In this document: one piece after another, positions 45,839-55,186 of the stretch | How positions within the stretch are numbered: the first letter of the stretch is position 1 | How the letters are laid out: each line of letters begins with the position of its first letter | NCBI GenBank assembly: GCA_050633305.1 | Contig: JBOEGF010000009.1 | Coordinates: 30,314-94,313, forward strand | DNA: 64,000 bases | Reading direction: 5' to 3' | From: Nannocystales bacterium | GTDB taxonomy: Bacteria > Myxococcota_A > Polyangia > Nannocystales > Nannocystaceae | The notes under the pieces: generated by a model | Seen by the model: the letters and a program-made list of their open reading frames with translations, nothing else | Databases searched by the model: none | What the model was told of the DNA's origin: nothing | Translations under genes and position numbers: made by a program

Positions 45839-47035
45839 TTACTCGCAGACGGACTCGAGCAGGCCGAACTCGCTGAGCAGCTCTGTGTAGTCCTCGATTC
45901 GCCGTCCGCCCAACGGGTCGTCGAACTGCACGAAGAAGCGACGGTCGAGTTCGATGCCCGCGGATTCATAGGCTTCGGAGTCCGAATCGGTGTTGCCGAA
46001 GGCGAACGCGGGGACGAGTCCTCGGTCGGCCAACGCCGCGAGCTGACCGCTCTTGTACGCGACCGCGTCGTCGCCGAGTGCTCCGGTGGCCGACTGCGTC
46101 GTTCGGACGATCCCCGGGGGCAGCCCATGCTCGACCAAGAACTCATCGGTCCGCTTGGCGAGGAACTCGGGTCGGGCGGTCAAGTACATCGGCCGGTATC
46201 CGAGGTCCACGAGGAGCTGGAACGCATCCGTCGCGCCCGCGTTGATGTCGGGGACGGTGTCGAGGAGCAGGTCGATGAACCGCTCAAACTCGAACGTCGT
46301 CAGCGTGCCGTCGATGTCCGAGAGAAACATCGGGGTCCCCGGCTCGACCACTTCGATGATCGTATCGGCCCTGGAGCCGTCGCCCCGCACGACCATGTGG
46401 ATCCGGTGGCGTCCCAGGGGGAGGGGCTCGGGCAGCTCGAAGTAGACCCAACCTCCGGAGTCGACAACCCCGTGGATCGTGGGGTGGTCACCATCGTCGG
46501 TGGTGAACACCGAACCCAGTGGCTCGAACTCTCCTTCGCATCCCTCGAGCAGGAACAGGTCGACTTGCTCACCGGCCAGGTCCCAGTCGGTGGGGCCGTA
46601 GGCGAACTTGGCCATGACCCATTGCCACTCGTCGGGATTGTAGAACATGTCGTACCCGCGGTGCCGCTCGGAGCCGGACGCGGTGAGGACCGAGGACTGT
46701 GTCCGCTCCCAGTCCAACTCGGGCCCCGCGTTGGGCAGCGGTGCTTCGCACGTGGGGATTGGTTCGCATTGCATGGGCCCGTCGGTCTCCTGGACGCCCG
46801 ACTCCGACGACGCATCGCCCGACGTCGAGCCCTCGCCAGGGGTCGGGTCAGTGGTCGAGGAGCCGGATAGGGTCGTGGCCGAACCGGTGGATGCTGTCGA
46901 GGGCGGGGAACTGTCGGTCGTCGTCGAGCCAGACGACGCACTGCCGCCATTGGCCGAGGTGCCTTCCGTGTCGTCCGCACACCCGGCCAGGGCGACGACA
47001 ACGGCGAGGGCACTTCGGGTCACGCGGAAGTCCAT
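45839..47035 (-). CDS. Lipoprotein with LNS2/lipin-like HAD domain
   Basis: Lipobox LAGC, Ser/Thr linker, SDIDGTLT, YLTARP and AFGNTDSD motifs. Confidence 0.75.
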   Translation of the reverse strand: MDFRVTRSALAVVVALAGCADDTEGTSANGGSASSGSTTTDSSPPSTASTGSATTLSGSSTTDPTPGEGSTSGDASSESGVQETDGPMQCEPIPTCEAPLPNAGPELDWERTQSSVLTASGSERHRGYDMFYNPDEWQWVMAKFAYGPTDWDLAGEQVDLFLLEGCEGEFEPLGSVFTTDDGDHPTIHGVVDSGGWVYFELPEPLPLGRHRIHMVVRGDGSRADTIIEVVEPGTPMFLSDIDGTLTTFEFERFIDLLLDTVPDINAGATDAFQLLVDLGYRPMYLTARPEFLAKRTDEFLVEHGLPPGIVRTTQSATGALGDDAVAYKSGQLAALADRGLVPAFAFGNTDSDSEAYESAGIELDRRFFVQFDDPLGGRRIEDYTELLSEFGLLESVCE

Positions 47036-47169
47036 GCCGAAGGATACTGACAACAGTCTCACTTTGTCGGACATCGATTTTGGGGCGGGATGCCACGGGC
47101 GCGCAACTGCACCGTAGGGGAATCACATGCAATTTGGGTGAGCGGTGCTACCGTGAAACAGTACGAAGT

Positions 47170-49749
47170 ATGGATGGCCGGACCCCCCTGAAGCTGCGTG
47201 TAGGCAGCCTTGGGCTCTGGGCCCTGATGGGCTTGGTGCTCACGGCATCGCCCAGTCCCTCCGATGCGCACGAGGATTCACTCGTCCGCGGGGGCCAAGG
47301 ATCCGGTCCGTCCGACCCGAATCCGGCCGGCTCCGATGGATCGCAGCCGTCCTCGACAGACGCCGCTTCTGGTGACCCTTCGCTGTCCGCCGAGACGCCA
47401 TTGGTCGGACTCGACGGAGCGGCGACTGCGCTGGCGATCCGTGACGTCGGGGTAGCGCTTCAACTGTGCCAAGGGGAGTCGGGCGAGACGGGCTCCGACA
47501 CATGGTTCCGCGTAGAAGCGTTGCGGGGCCGGGCGCTTCGGCTTGCAAGCAAGCCCGCCGAGGCTGTGGCCACGCTCGAGCCGGTGTGGTCCCACAAGCA
47601 TCTGCGCAAGTCGTTCCCCGCCGACGCGTTGGGTATGGAACTCGCTCGGTCGCAGCTCGCTGCTGCCGATGGGCTGGAGCCAGAGGCCGCCGACACGCTG
47701 CGCCGGGACGCCGCAAAGGTGCTCGGCAAAGTCCGCAAGATGTCGCCGATCCGCAACTACGCCGAGGTTCGGGTTCTCGAGGCGCGAGCGATGGCGGCGA
47801 TCGTTGGCACCGACTCCAAGTCGACCGTGCTCGCCGGACGCAAGGCCGTCTCAGCGCTCGACCGGATCATCCGCGACTACCCCAAGCACCCGGACATCGG
47901 TTGGCTTCAGCTCGAGCGGGCACAGGCCCAGGTTCGTGCGGGCAAGCCCACCGATGCGGCGGTCTCACTGCGGGCTCTGCACATTGCACGGGCGGGTGAG
48001 CCGGAGGCAAAGGCAGCTTGGGAAGAACTGGAGTCCTTGGCCGAGCGCTTCGACCGCGTGCGCGCCAAGCCGCTGTCGGTCACGGAGCAGCTCGATCGGG
48101 CGATGTCTGCGCGACGTCTTCGGTGGGTCGACCTGTCCCGAGAGATCCTCGACGATGTGATCGATACGACCACGTCCAAGTCGTTGCGGACCCAGGCCCG
48201 GTCTTCGCGGGCGTACACGGCCTACAAGCAGCGGGAGTTCGGCCAGTGCGCCGACGACTTGCGACCGTCCTTCGAAGCCACGGGCTCCATCGATACGCGG
48301 GGCCGTCTACTGCGCTGTCTCGAACGCGGTGCCATGTACGACGAAGCGCTGCAGATCTACGACGACGCTGCGAAGAGCAAGAAGAAGTGGTCGCGGATCA
48401 GCGCGTTGTGGGACGCGACGATGTTGGCCGTCCGCGCTGGCAAGTACGAGCGGGCGGAAGGATTCCTCAAGCGTTACGAAAAGGAGACGGCTGGCAACCG
48501 TCAGACCCGCGTGTGGCTGCACGCGTGGCTTCCGATGCGCTTGGGCCGAGTCGACGAAGCCATTGCGGGGTTCGAGGCCGCCGAGCGCTACTCGACCGAC
48601 CGAACCCGGGCTCGATACTTTCGCGCCAAGCTGATGCTAGCGGGGTCCGACGCCTCGGCGCGGCTCGAGGGCGAGGCGATGCTCACCGAGATCATCGATC
48701 ACTCTCCACTATCGTATTACGCGTTGATGGCCCGGCAGCGCTTGCTGGACGCCGGTCGGACCGTGCCTCCCGCGCCCTCCCTCGAGCCCAACCGCGGCGA
48801 GCCCGTTCACCCCACGCGCCCCGAGGTTGCAGCGACCCTCGCCGAACTCGACGGCAGCTTCGGCGACGCGTGGCCCGAGATTCGTCGTGCGCGACAGCTT
48901 TATAACGCGGGCTATCTCGAAGAGGCTCGACGGGAGCTCCGGGTTGCCGTGCAGGCGTATGAGACGCGAGGCAAGAAGGCCGGTGGTGTCCGCAACGAGT
49001 CCTTCCTGGTCGGTCTGGGGTGGAAGCCCGATTGGAGCTATCCCCGGATTCGGCCCACCCGCGACGGCATGCGCACGCTTCGCAGCAAGGAAGACTCGGC
49101 GACGCTTGCGTCGGGGTTCCGCGAGCTGGCGCGTGGGTTCGACGAGCCCTATCGTTTTGCCAAACTCAGCACCTCAGCCGACGGTGCGTACAAGGCTCGG
49201 TGGCACCCCCGCGCGTTTCGGGCCGCTGTCGAACGAGAGGCTCGGCACTTCGAGATCGACCCCATCCACATGTGGTCGCTGATGTACACCGAGTCGCGCT
49301 TCCGCCGATTTGTCGTCTCGCCAGTGGGTGCTCGTGGCGCACTGCAGATCATGCCCTGGACCGCACAGCAACTCGCCGAGCGGCTCGGTGAAGTCGAGCC
49401 CGGCGGCTCCTTCGATGACGACACGTTGTTCGACATCGACACCAATGCCCATTTGGCCGGCTACTACGTGGCCGAGCTTCTCAAGAAGTTCCATGGCCAA
49501 GCGCCGATGGCCTACGCCAGCTACAACGGGGGTCCATCCAACGTGCAGCGTTGGCTCGAAGCCAAGGCCAAGAGCGAGGTCCCGCTGGAACGCGATGTCT
49601 TCGTCGAGGAGATCGCGTTCCGCGAGAGCTACCGCTACGCCAAGCGGGTCACCGAGGTCTCGGCTGCGTACGCGCTGATGTACAAGGGCGAGTTCCCGCG
49701 CTGGACCAACGAGATCGACGCCGACGTCGAAGACAACATCGCGTTCTAG
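47170..49749 (+). CDS. Soluble lytic murein transglycosylase (Slt-like) with helical repeats
   Basis: TESRF, SPVGARGALQIMP, ASYNGGP and FVEEIAFRESYRY motifs. Confidence 0.88.
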   Translation: MDGRTPLKLRVGSLGLWALMGLVLTASPSPSDAHEDSLVRGGQGSGPSDPNPAGSDGSQPSSTDAASGDPSLSAETPLVGLDGAATALAIRDVGVALQLCQGESGETGSDTWFRVEALRGRALRLASKPAEAVATLEPVWSHKHLRKSFPADALGMELARSQLAAADGLEPEAADTLRRDAAKVLGKVRKMSPIRNYAEVRVLEARAMAAIVGTDSKSTVLAGRKAVSALDRIIRDYPKHPDIGWLQLERAQAQVRAGKPTDAAVSLRALHIARAGEPEAKAAWEELESLAERFDRVRAKPLSVTEQLDRAMSARRLRWVDLSREILDDVIDTTTSKSLRTQARSSRAYTAYKQREFGQCADDLRPSFEATGSIDTRGRLLRCLERGAMYDEALQIYDDAAKSKKKWSRISALWDATMLAVRAGKYERAEGFLKRYEKETAGNRQTRVWLHAWLPMRLGRVDEAIAGFEAAERYSTDRTRARYFRAKLMLAGSDASARLEGEAMLTEIIDHSPLSYYALMARQRLLDAGRTVPPAPSLEPNRGEPVHPTRPEVAATLAELDGSFGDAWPEIRRARQLYNAGYLEEARRELRVAVQAYETRGKKAGGVRNESFLVGLGWKPDWSYPRIRPTRDGMRTLRSKEDSATLASGFRELARGFDEPYRFAKLSTSADGAYKARWHPRAFRAAVEREARHFEIDPIHMWSLMYTESRFRRFVVSPVGARGALQIMPWTAQQLAERLGEVEPGGSFDDDTLFDIDTNAHLAGYYVAELLKKFHGQAPMAYASYNGGPSNVQRWLEAKAKSEVPLERDVFVEEIAFRESYRYAKRVTEVSAAYALMYKGEFPRWTNEIDADVEDNIAF

Positions 49750-49785
49750 CCTTCGCAGACGGCCTGCGGTCGGTCGCCAGCCGAC

Positions 49786-50661
49786 TCAGTCCGCGATCGG
49801 GATTGCGTAGTGCATGACCGAGTCCGGTCCCTCGGCGCTCCATTGCGGACCATAGAGTTCGAGGTCCGGCCCCCACGTGTGTCGGTGTCCGGAGCGCGCG
49901 AGCCAGGTCGCGTAGATGTAGTCGACGGTCTTGTCGATCGTCTTGGCGTACCCACGGTGCTCGAACACCGCGTAGCGTCCGCCCGGAACCTCCAAACTCT
50001 GCATGTCGGTGGGGACCGCGGTGTCGCCCTCCACCCCGGCGGCCGCAAAATACTCCAGTCGGTCCGGGTCCTCGAGGTCCGGCCGCACGATGCCGTAGTA
50101 GGGAAACGGGACCCTGTTTTGGACCTCGTCGTGACGGGCCATGAACGCGTCCCACAGCTGCGGCAGCGTCTCACCCAGGTTGTTCTTCTCGGATCCGACG
50201 CCGTAGAAGACCGTCCGCATTCCGATCACGGCGGTCGCGGCTCGCGAGACGAGCGTGGGCTCCCGCGAGACGGCTTGGCTGACGTGCTGAAGGTACGCCT
50301 CGTCGAATCGGACCTTCTTCAGAAACAGATTGCCATGCCCCAGTGCGCGGTACTCCGTCGGGGTCATCCGGAAGGCTTTCTTGAACGCCCGCGCGAATGC
50401 TTCCTGACTTTCGAACCCGGCCGCGAGCGCGATGTCGAGAATGCGGCGGTCCGTGGTGAGCAACAGATCCAGCGCGTTGGCCATGCGTCGTGATCGAACG
50501 TAGGTTTTGAGGGTCTCGCCGGTGAGCGCCTTGAAAATGCGCTGGAAGTGCGCATGGCTGATGCCCGCCGCCTTGGACACCTGGCGCAACTCGATGTTTT
50601 CGTCCAGCCGCGCCTCGATGAAGTCGACCCCGCGCTGAATCTGTTGCAGGTATCCGCTCAC
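49786..50661 (-). CDS. AraC family regulator with GyrI-like effector domain
   Basis: N-terminal AraC HTH (GFESQEAFARAFKK..TPTEYR) and GRYAVFEHRG. Confidence 0.9.
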   Translation of the reverse strand: MSGYLQQIQRGVDFIEARLDENIELRQVSKAAGISHAHFQRIFKALTGETLKTYVRSRRMANALDLLLTTDRRILDIALAAGFESQEAFARAFKKAFRMTPTEYRALGHGNLFLKKVRFDEAYLQHVSQAVSREPTLVSRAATAVIGMRTVFYGVGSEKNNLGETLPQLWDAFMARHDEVQNRVPFPYYGIVRPDLEDPDRLEYFAAAGVEGDTAVPTDMQSLEVPGGRYAVFEHRGYAKTIDKTVDYIYATWLARSGHRHTWGPDLELYGPQWSAEGPDSVMHYAIPIAD

Positions 50662-51032
50662 GGTTGCTCTGGAGTTTCGAAGAACCCGGTCATGGTGCGG
50701 ACCTTCCCACTATCGCTGTACTCGCCGTAGGAAATCCCGGTTCCCAACACGGAACCATCTCCGCCGACCATGTTCCACGATGCCACGGAGCGGCCGTTAT
50801 GAGCCTTGAAGTCGGTGGTCACGAAGTGTCCACCGGGGACCTGCTGATGAAACTCGACCATGTACTCGACCAGCGCATCCCACCCTTTTCGCTGGGTGAT
50901 CGGGTCGGTGTAGACGCATCCATCGTCGAGGGCTTGGGCGCACGCGCTGCGCTTTGCCTGTGGGCCGGTGAGCTTCCAGATCGCGGCGTAGGCTTCCCAG
51001 GCGGTGCGGGCTTCGGGTTGTGTCATCGTCAT
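50658..51032 (-). CDS. SnoaL/NTF2-like protein
   Basis: YTDP...GW..L and MTGFF motifs; overlaps the AraC start. Confidence 0.75.
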   Translation of the reverse strand: MTMTQPEARTAWEAYAAIWKLTGPQAKRSACAQALDDGCVYTDPITQRKGWDALVEYMVEFHQQVPGGHFVTTDFKAHNGRSVASWNMVGGDGSVLGTGISYGEYSDSGKVRTMTGFFETPEQP

Positions 51033-51125
51033 GAATGAACCGTAGGCGGCTTCGCCATCGGACTTCTGACCGTTTGTGCTTTTCTCGTGGTGCCGACTTC
51101 AGGTTCCGGGCTTACTCTGAGGCCC

Positions 51126-51554
51126 ATGGCTGAGCTCGCACGTGCGGCGGTTCGAGTGTTGCTGTTGCTGACGGGCCTCATGGGCGTGTTGACTCTGGCC
51201 TCTGGCATCGTGGAAGCGTTCGTGCTCGCCGGTTCTCCCGCGAGCGCGGCGGTCGCGCTGGGTCTGATGCCGTTGGCGACCTGGATGGGTTGGCGGACCG
51301 CCGTCAGCTCTGCTGAGTTCATGCGGTGGTTGGTCCGCGGTACGGTGGGCTTGGCGGTCATCAGTGCTCTGACCTCATTGGTCGGGCTGAGCTGGCCGGT
51401 GGTCATGGCTGTGGTGACGGGTACGGCGGTGGTCGACTTTGCCCCGCTGCAGGGCGTCGCGGAGGTTGGCGGCGTTGGGATCTGCATCTCGGCGGTCTTG
51501 CTGGGGGTCATCGCCGCGGCCGTACTCTGGGATGAGCCCCCCGAGATCCGGTAG
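51126..51554 (+). CDS. Hypothetical membrane protein
   Basis: Highly hydrophobic ORF with about 4 TM helices. Confidence 0.55.
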   Translation: MAELARAAVRVLLLLTGLMGVLTLASGIVEAFVLAGSPASAAVALGLMPLATWMGWRTAVSSAEFMRWLVRGTVGLAVISALTSLVGLSWPVVMAVVTGTAVVDFAPLQGVAEVGGVGICISAVLLGVIAAAVLWDEPPEIR

Positions 51555-51557
51555 TGG

Positions 51558-52328
51558 TCACGGGTGGTGCTTCGCCGCGGCATGTCTCGCGAGGGCGTCG
51601 GCGGACGCGTCATCGAGCGGAAACAGCAACTCGAGCCGAAGCTCTTGCACGGTGATGTCGTGCGCCGCGGTGAGCTCTCCGACCAGCGAGAAGGTCTGCA
51701 CGGTGTCTTGTCCCAGCCGGAACGCAGGGCAGATGGCGTGCGAGAGGGGAGGGCGCGTACCGAGGTTCGCATCGGCGTGGGCGGAGAGCTCCTGCAGCCG
51801 AGCATCGAAGGGGGCGGCTCGGGCATCGCGGCGCAGCCGCCCCGCAACCGCGGCTGCGACCGTATCCCAGTTGACGATCCGCTCGCGCAGCGGACCCCCG
51901 TCGACGAGTGTGCGTGCGAGGTTGTGGCCGACCGCATCGCCCAGCAAGACTCGCCCGGCGGTGTTGAGCCGGACGATGTCCCACCACCCGTTGACCAGCA
52001 GACCAGGGTAGGGGTCGTGGGCATCGAGGGTCCGCTCCAGGGCGGCGACGAACGGAGCGGTCGTGCCGGAACCCATTGGGGTCTCCTCGAACGCCGCGGG
52101 TAGGCCTGCGAGCAGGAGCAGGGCGTTTTGGTCGCGCAACGGTACGTCGAGCGCGACCCCCAATCGCTGCACCGTCTCGGAGCGGGGCCGTGCACGCCCG
52201 TTCTCCAAGAAAGAGATGTGTCTCTGGGAGATGTCCGTTCGCAGGGCGAGCTGCAGCTGACTCATTCGGCGGAGCGTTCTCCATTGCCGCAGTCGCTGAC
52301 CGAATGGGCTGGGCGCAGCGTCGACCAC
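51558..52328 (-). CDS. XRE-HTH / MmyB-like transcriptional regulator
   Basis: FGQRLRQWR..RRMSQLQLA..ISQRHISFLENGRARP, HDPYP and ELRLELLFP motifs. Confidence 0.88.
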   Translation of the reverse strand: MVDAAPSPFGQRLRQWRTLRRMSQLQLALRTDISQRHISFLENGRARPRSETVQRLGVALDVPLRDQNALLLLAGLPAAFEETPMGSGTTAPFVAALERTLDAHDPYPGLLVNGWWDIVRLNTAGRVLLGDAVGHNLARTLVDGGPLRERIVNWDTVAAAVAGRLRRDARAAPFDARLQELSAHADANLGTRPPLSHAICPAFRLGQDTVQTFSLVGELTAAHDITVQELRLELLFPLDDASADALARHAAAKHHP

Positions 52329-52425
52329 GAGCCGATCGTAGCAGCCCACGATCGCCCCGCCCCAACGGCGTTCGATGACGTGAAAGGGAATCGCCAGGCT
52401 CGCGGTGCCTGCGTAGCTTGCGTGC

Positions 52426-52809
52426 ATGTCGACCCAGCGACTCCTCGTGTCCACGGCAGCGGTAGCGCTGTGTATTGGAAGCTTTGCGCTGCTATTCCCG
52501 GCGCTGCTGCTCGCGGGCAAAGGCGTGATGCCTGTCGAGCCGGGCGCGGTCGCGATGACCCGGACCGTCGGTGTCGCGCTGATCGGGGTCGCGGTGCTGG
52601 ACCTCGCCGTGTCTTCGCTTCCCCCCTCGGCCGTGCTGCGCCGGGTCCTGCTGGCGAACGCTGCGTTTCAGCTCGGGCTGCTCCCGCTGGACCCTTGGGC
52701 CTGCGCAACAGGCGCGTTCCATGGCCTCGCATCGTTCCTCCCCAACAGCATCCTGCACGTCGTCCTGGCTGCGATGTTCTTCCGAGCCTGGCGAGGCATG
52801 CCGCGGTGA
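52426..52809 (+). CDS. Hypothetical membrane protein
   Basis: Four hydrophobic segments; divergent from the regulator. Confidence 0.65.
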   Translation: MSTQRLLVSTAAVALCIGSFALLFPALLLAGKGVMPVEPGAVAMTRTVGVALIGVAVLDLAVSSLPPSAVLRRVLLANAAFQLGLLPLDPWACATGAFHGLASFLPNSILHVVLAAMFFRAWRGMPR

Positions 52810-52872
52810 GCCGTGCCTTGCCTCACCGCGCCCCGACGTTCGGCTCTGACCGCCCCGGGCTAAGGTGCGCGC

Positions 52873-54387
52873 GTGGCAAGCACCGAGATTCAGAACATCT
52901 TCGCCGAGCTTGGTCTGACCCCGCCCGCGGACGTCGGCGAGGGTGGACTCGTCATCCAAGACCCAAGCAACGGGCAGACGTTGGCCCGCCTGGCCACGCA
53001 CGATGAGGACGCCGCCTTGGCGATGGTCGGCAAAGCCCAGGCTGCCTTCAAGAAACTGCGAAACATGCCGGGTCCCAAGCGGGGGGAGCTCGTCCGTCAG
53101 ATGGGCGAGATGCTTCGCACGCACAAAGAGGGGCTGTCCAAGCTCGTCTGCGCCGAGGTCGGCAAAGGCATCGAGGAGGCTCGCGGCGAAGTCCAGGAGA
53201 TGATCGACATCTGCGACTTCGCCACCGGGCTCTCCCGTACGCTCGGCGGCCGCACGCTCATGTCCGAGCGCGACGGTCACCGCATGATGGAGTTGTGGCA
53301 GCCGCTGGGCGTCGTGTTGTGCATCAGCGCGTTCAACTTCCCGGTGGCCGTGTGGTCCTGGAACGCTGCGATCGCGTTCGTGTGTGGTGATTCGGTGGTC
53401 TGGAAGCCCAGCCCCAAGGCGGCGCTGTGCGGCATCGCAGTGCACGAGTTGCTCAAGCCCGTGCTCGAGAAGGCCGGTCATGGCGACGCGATGCAGCTTG
53501 TCCTCGAACGTGACGTCAAGGTCGCCGAAGCTCTCGTCGACGACGCTCGAATTCCTTTGGTGAGCGCGACCGGATCATGCGCGATGGGCCGCAAGGTCTA
53601 CCCCCGCGTGGCGTCGCGATTGGCCCGTTGTCTGCTCGAACTCGGTGGCAACAACGCGATCATCGTCGACAAGAGCGCCAACCTCGACTTGGCTGCCCAT
53701 GCGATCGCGTTCGGTGCGGCTGGCACCGCGGGTCAACGCTGCACCTCGACCCGTCGGGTGTTCGTCGAGGCTGCCGTCGCCGACGCGTTGATGGCGAAGC
53801 TGGAGCCCGCGTACCGTCAGCTCAGCGAGCGCATCGGTGACCCGCGAGACTCCGCCAACCTCATCGGCCCCCTCATCGACGAGGCCGCCGTGCAAGCCTT
53901 CTCCTCCGCCGTCGAGCGGGCCGCAGCCGCAGGTGGCGACGTTCGGGTCGGTGGAAAAGCGCTGGAGCAGGACGGCAACTTCGTGCAGCCGACGCTGGTC
54001 CGCGTCCCCGACGGCAAGCCGTTCCCGCTGATGGCCGAAGAGACCTTCGCCCCCATCCTCTACGTCCAAGCCTTCCCCGACGGCAACCTCGATGAAGCGA
54101 TCGCCTCGCAGAACTCGGTCGAGCAGGGACTCTCCAGCGCGCTCTTCACGGACAGCGTTCGCGCGGTGGAGCGGTTCTACAGCCCCGACGGAAGCGACTG
54201 CGGCATCGCGAACGTGAACCTCGGTACGTCCGGTGCAGAGATCGGCGGAGCGTTCGGTGGCGAGAAGGAAACCGGCGGCGGACGAGAGGCTGGCAGCGAC
54301 GCCTGGAAGTCCTACATGCGTCGCCAGACCTGCACGATCAACGGAAGTGACGCTCTGCCCCTCGCGCAGGGCATCAAGTGGGAGTAG
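52873..54387 (+). CDS. Aldehyde dehydrogenase, ALDH7/piperideine-6-carboxylate dehydrogenase-like
   Basis: AFNFPVAVW, LELGGNNA, GQRCT, ETFAP and GAEIGGAFGGEKETGGGRE motifs. Confidence 0.92.
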   Translation: MASTEIQNIFAELGLTPPADVGEGGLVIQDPSNGQTLARLATHDEDAALAMVGKAQAAFKKLRNMPGPKRGELVRQMGEMLRTHKEGLSKLVCAEVGKGIEEARGEVQEMIDICDFATGLSRTLGGRTLMSERDGHRMMELWQPLGVVLCISAFNFPVAVWSWNAAIAFVCGDSVVWKPSPKAALCGIAVHELLKPVLEKAGHGDAMQLVLERDVKVAEALVDDARIPLVSATGSCAMGRKVYPRVASRLARCLLELGGNNAIIVDKSANLDLAAHAIAFGAAGTAGQRCTSTRRVFVEAAVADALMAKLEPAYRQLSERIGDPRDSANLIGPLIDEAAVQAFSSAVERAAAAGGDVRVGGKALEQDGNFVQPTLVRVPDGKPFPLMAEETFAPILYVQAFPDGNLDEAIASQNSVEQGLSSALFTDSVRAVERFYSPDGSDCGIANVNLGTSGAEIGGAFGGEKETGGGREAGSDAWKSYMRRQTCTINGSDALPLAQGIKWE

Positions 54388-54411
54388 TGCCTTTCGCCTG
54401 ATCGCGGGCCG

Positions 54412-54449
54412 CAAAACCGACTCTCGAGCCGTTCGAGGGTCGGTTTTTG
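54412..54449 (+). terminator. Intrinsic terminator
   Basis: AAAACCGACTCTCGA / TCGAGGGTCGGTTTTT hairpin. Confidence 0.8.
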
Positions 54450-54602
54450 TGTGCAGTGGTTTCGCGGTTGCGTGCAGCGGGTGACACCCGTAGCTTGAAG
54501 GCGAGGGGTGCCGGCGCCGGGAACGGCGTCACTGCAGCCTCGATCTCGCGGCTCCCTGGGAAGGGGGCGGCACACGCCCTTGACGGGGCGAGAAGGAGCC
54601 AC

Positions 54603-55151
54603 GTGACCATCAACGAAGAACTCTACCGCCTGGGCAACTCCGCGCGTCGTCTCAACGACGGCTCGGACCAACTCAACCGAAGCATCGCTGCCATCGATAG
54701 CCTTCTGGGCCGTCTGATGATCGGCCTCGACTACGTGCATCCGCGTCCGCTCTCCGAGCACACGACGTACGACGCCACGGGCAAGCGGGTCATCGAGATC
54801 TCGTACCTGGCGTACCTCAAGCTCAAGGGTGGCTATCGGCTGGCGCTCAAGACCGTGAAGGTCCTCGAGTCGCGCTCCGCCGCGGCTGGACAGATCCCAG
54901 GCGACCTCATCACCTTGCTGGAGGCGCCCCGGAGGCTTCGCTACCGTGCCATCGAGCAACTTCCAGAGCTGGTGATGGGTCTGGCCGAGCAGGTCGAGGA
55001 CATGCTCGGGGCGATGGAGCGTCGGGTGGGCATTGCGAACTCGCTGGTCGCGAACCTCGAGCAGATCGCAGGGCCGACCGACATGAATGAGACCCATCGG
55101 GCCGCCGAGTCTGCGACGTCACACCGTCGTCAGACCTTGCCCGCGCTCTAG
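54603..55151 (+). CDS. Hypothetical protein
   Basis: AAGGAG RBS before GTG, typical codon usage. Confidence 0.7.
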   Translation: MTINEELYRLGNSARRLNDGSDQLNRSIAAIDSLLGRLMIGLDYVHPRPLSEHTTYDATGKRVIEISYLAYLKLKGGYRLALKTVKVLESRSAAAGQIPGDLITLLEAPRRLRYRAIEQLPELVMGLAEQVEDMLGAMERRVGIANSLVANLEQIAGPTDMNETHRAAESATSHRRQTLPAL

Positions 55152-55186
55152 CCCGGAGCCGTATCCCGCGCTTCGCTGATGCTGCG

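Noticed and set aside
41867..46870. 1667-aa plus-strand ORF
   Set aside because: Antisense shadow of the thiolase, FadN-like and LNS2 genes; stop-free because of high-GC codon bias; no motifs
54479..54510. Fourth copy of the ECF promoter (GGGTGACACC)
   Set aside because: Only the -35-like half is present; no CGGTGTTG at the 13-nt spacing
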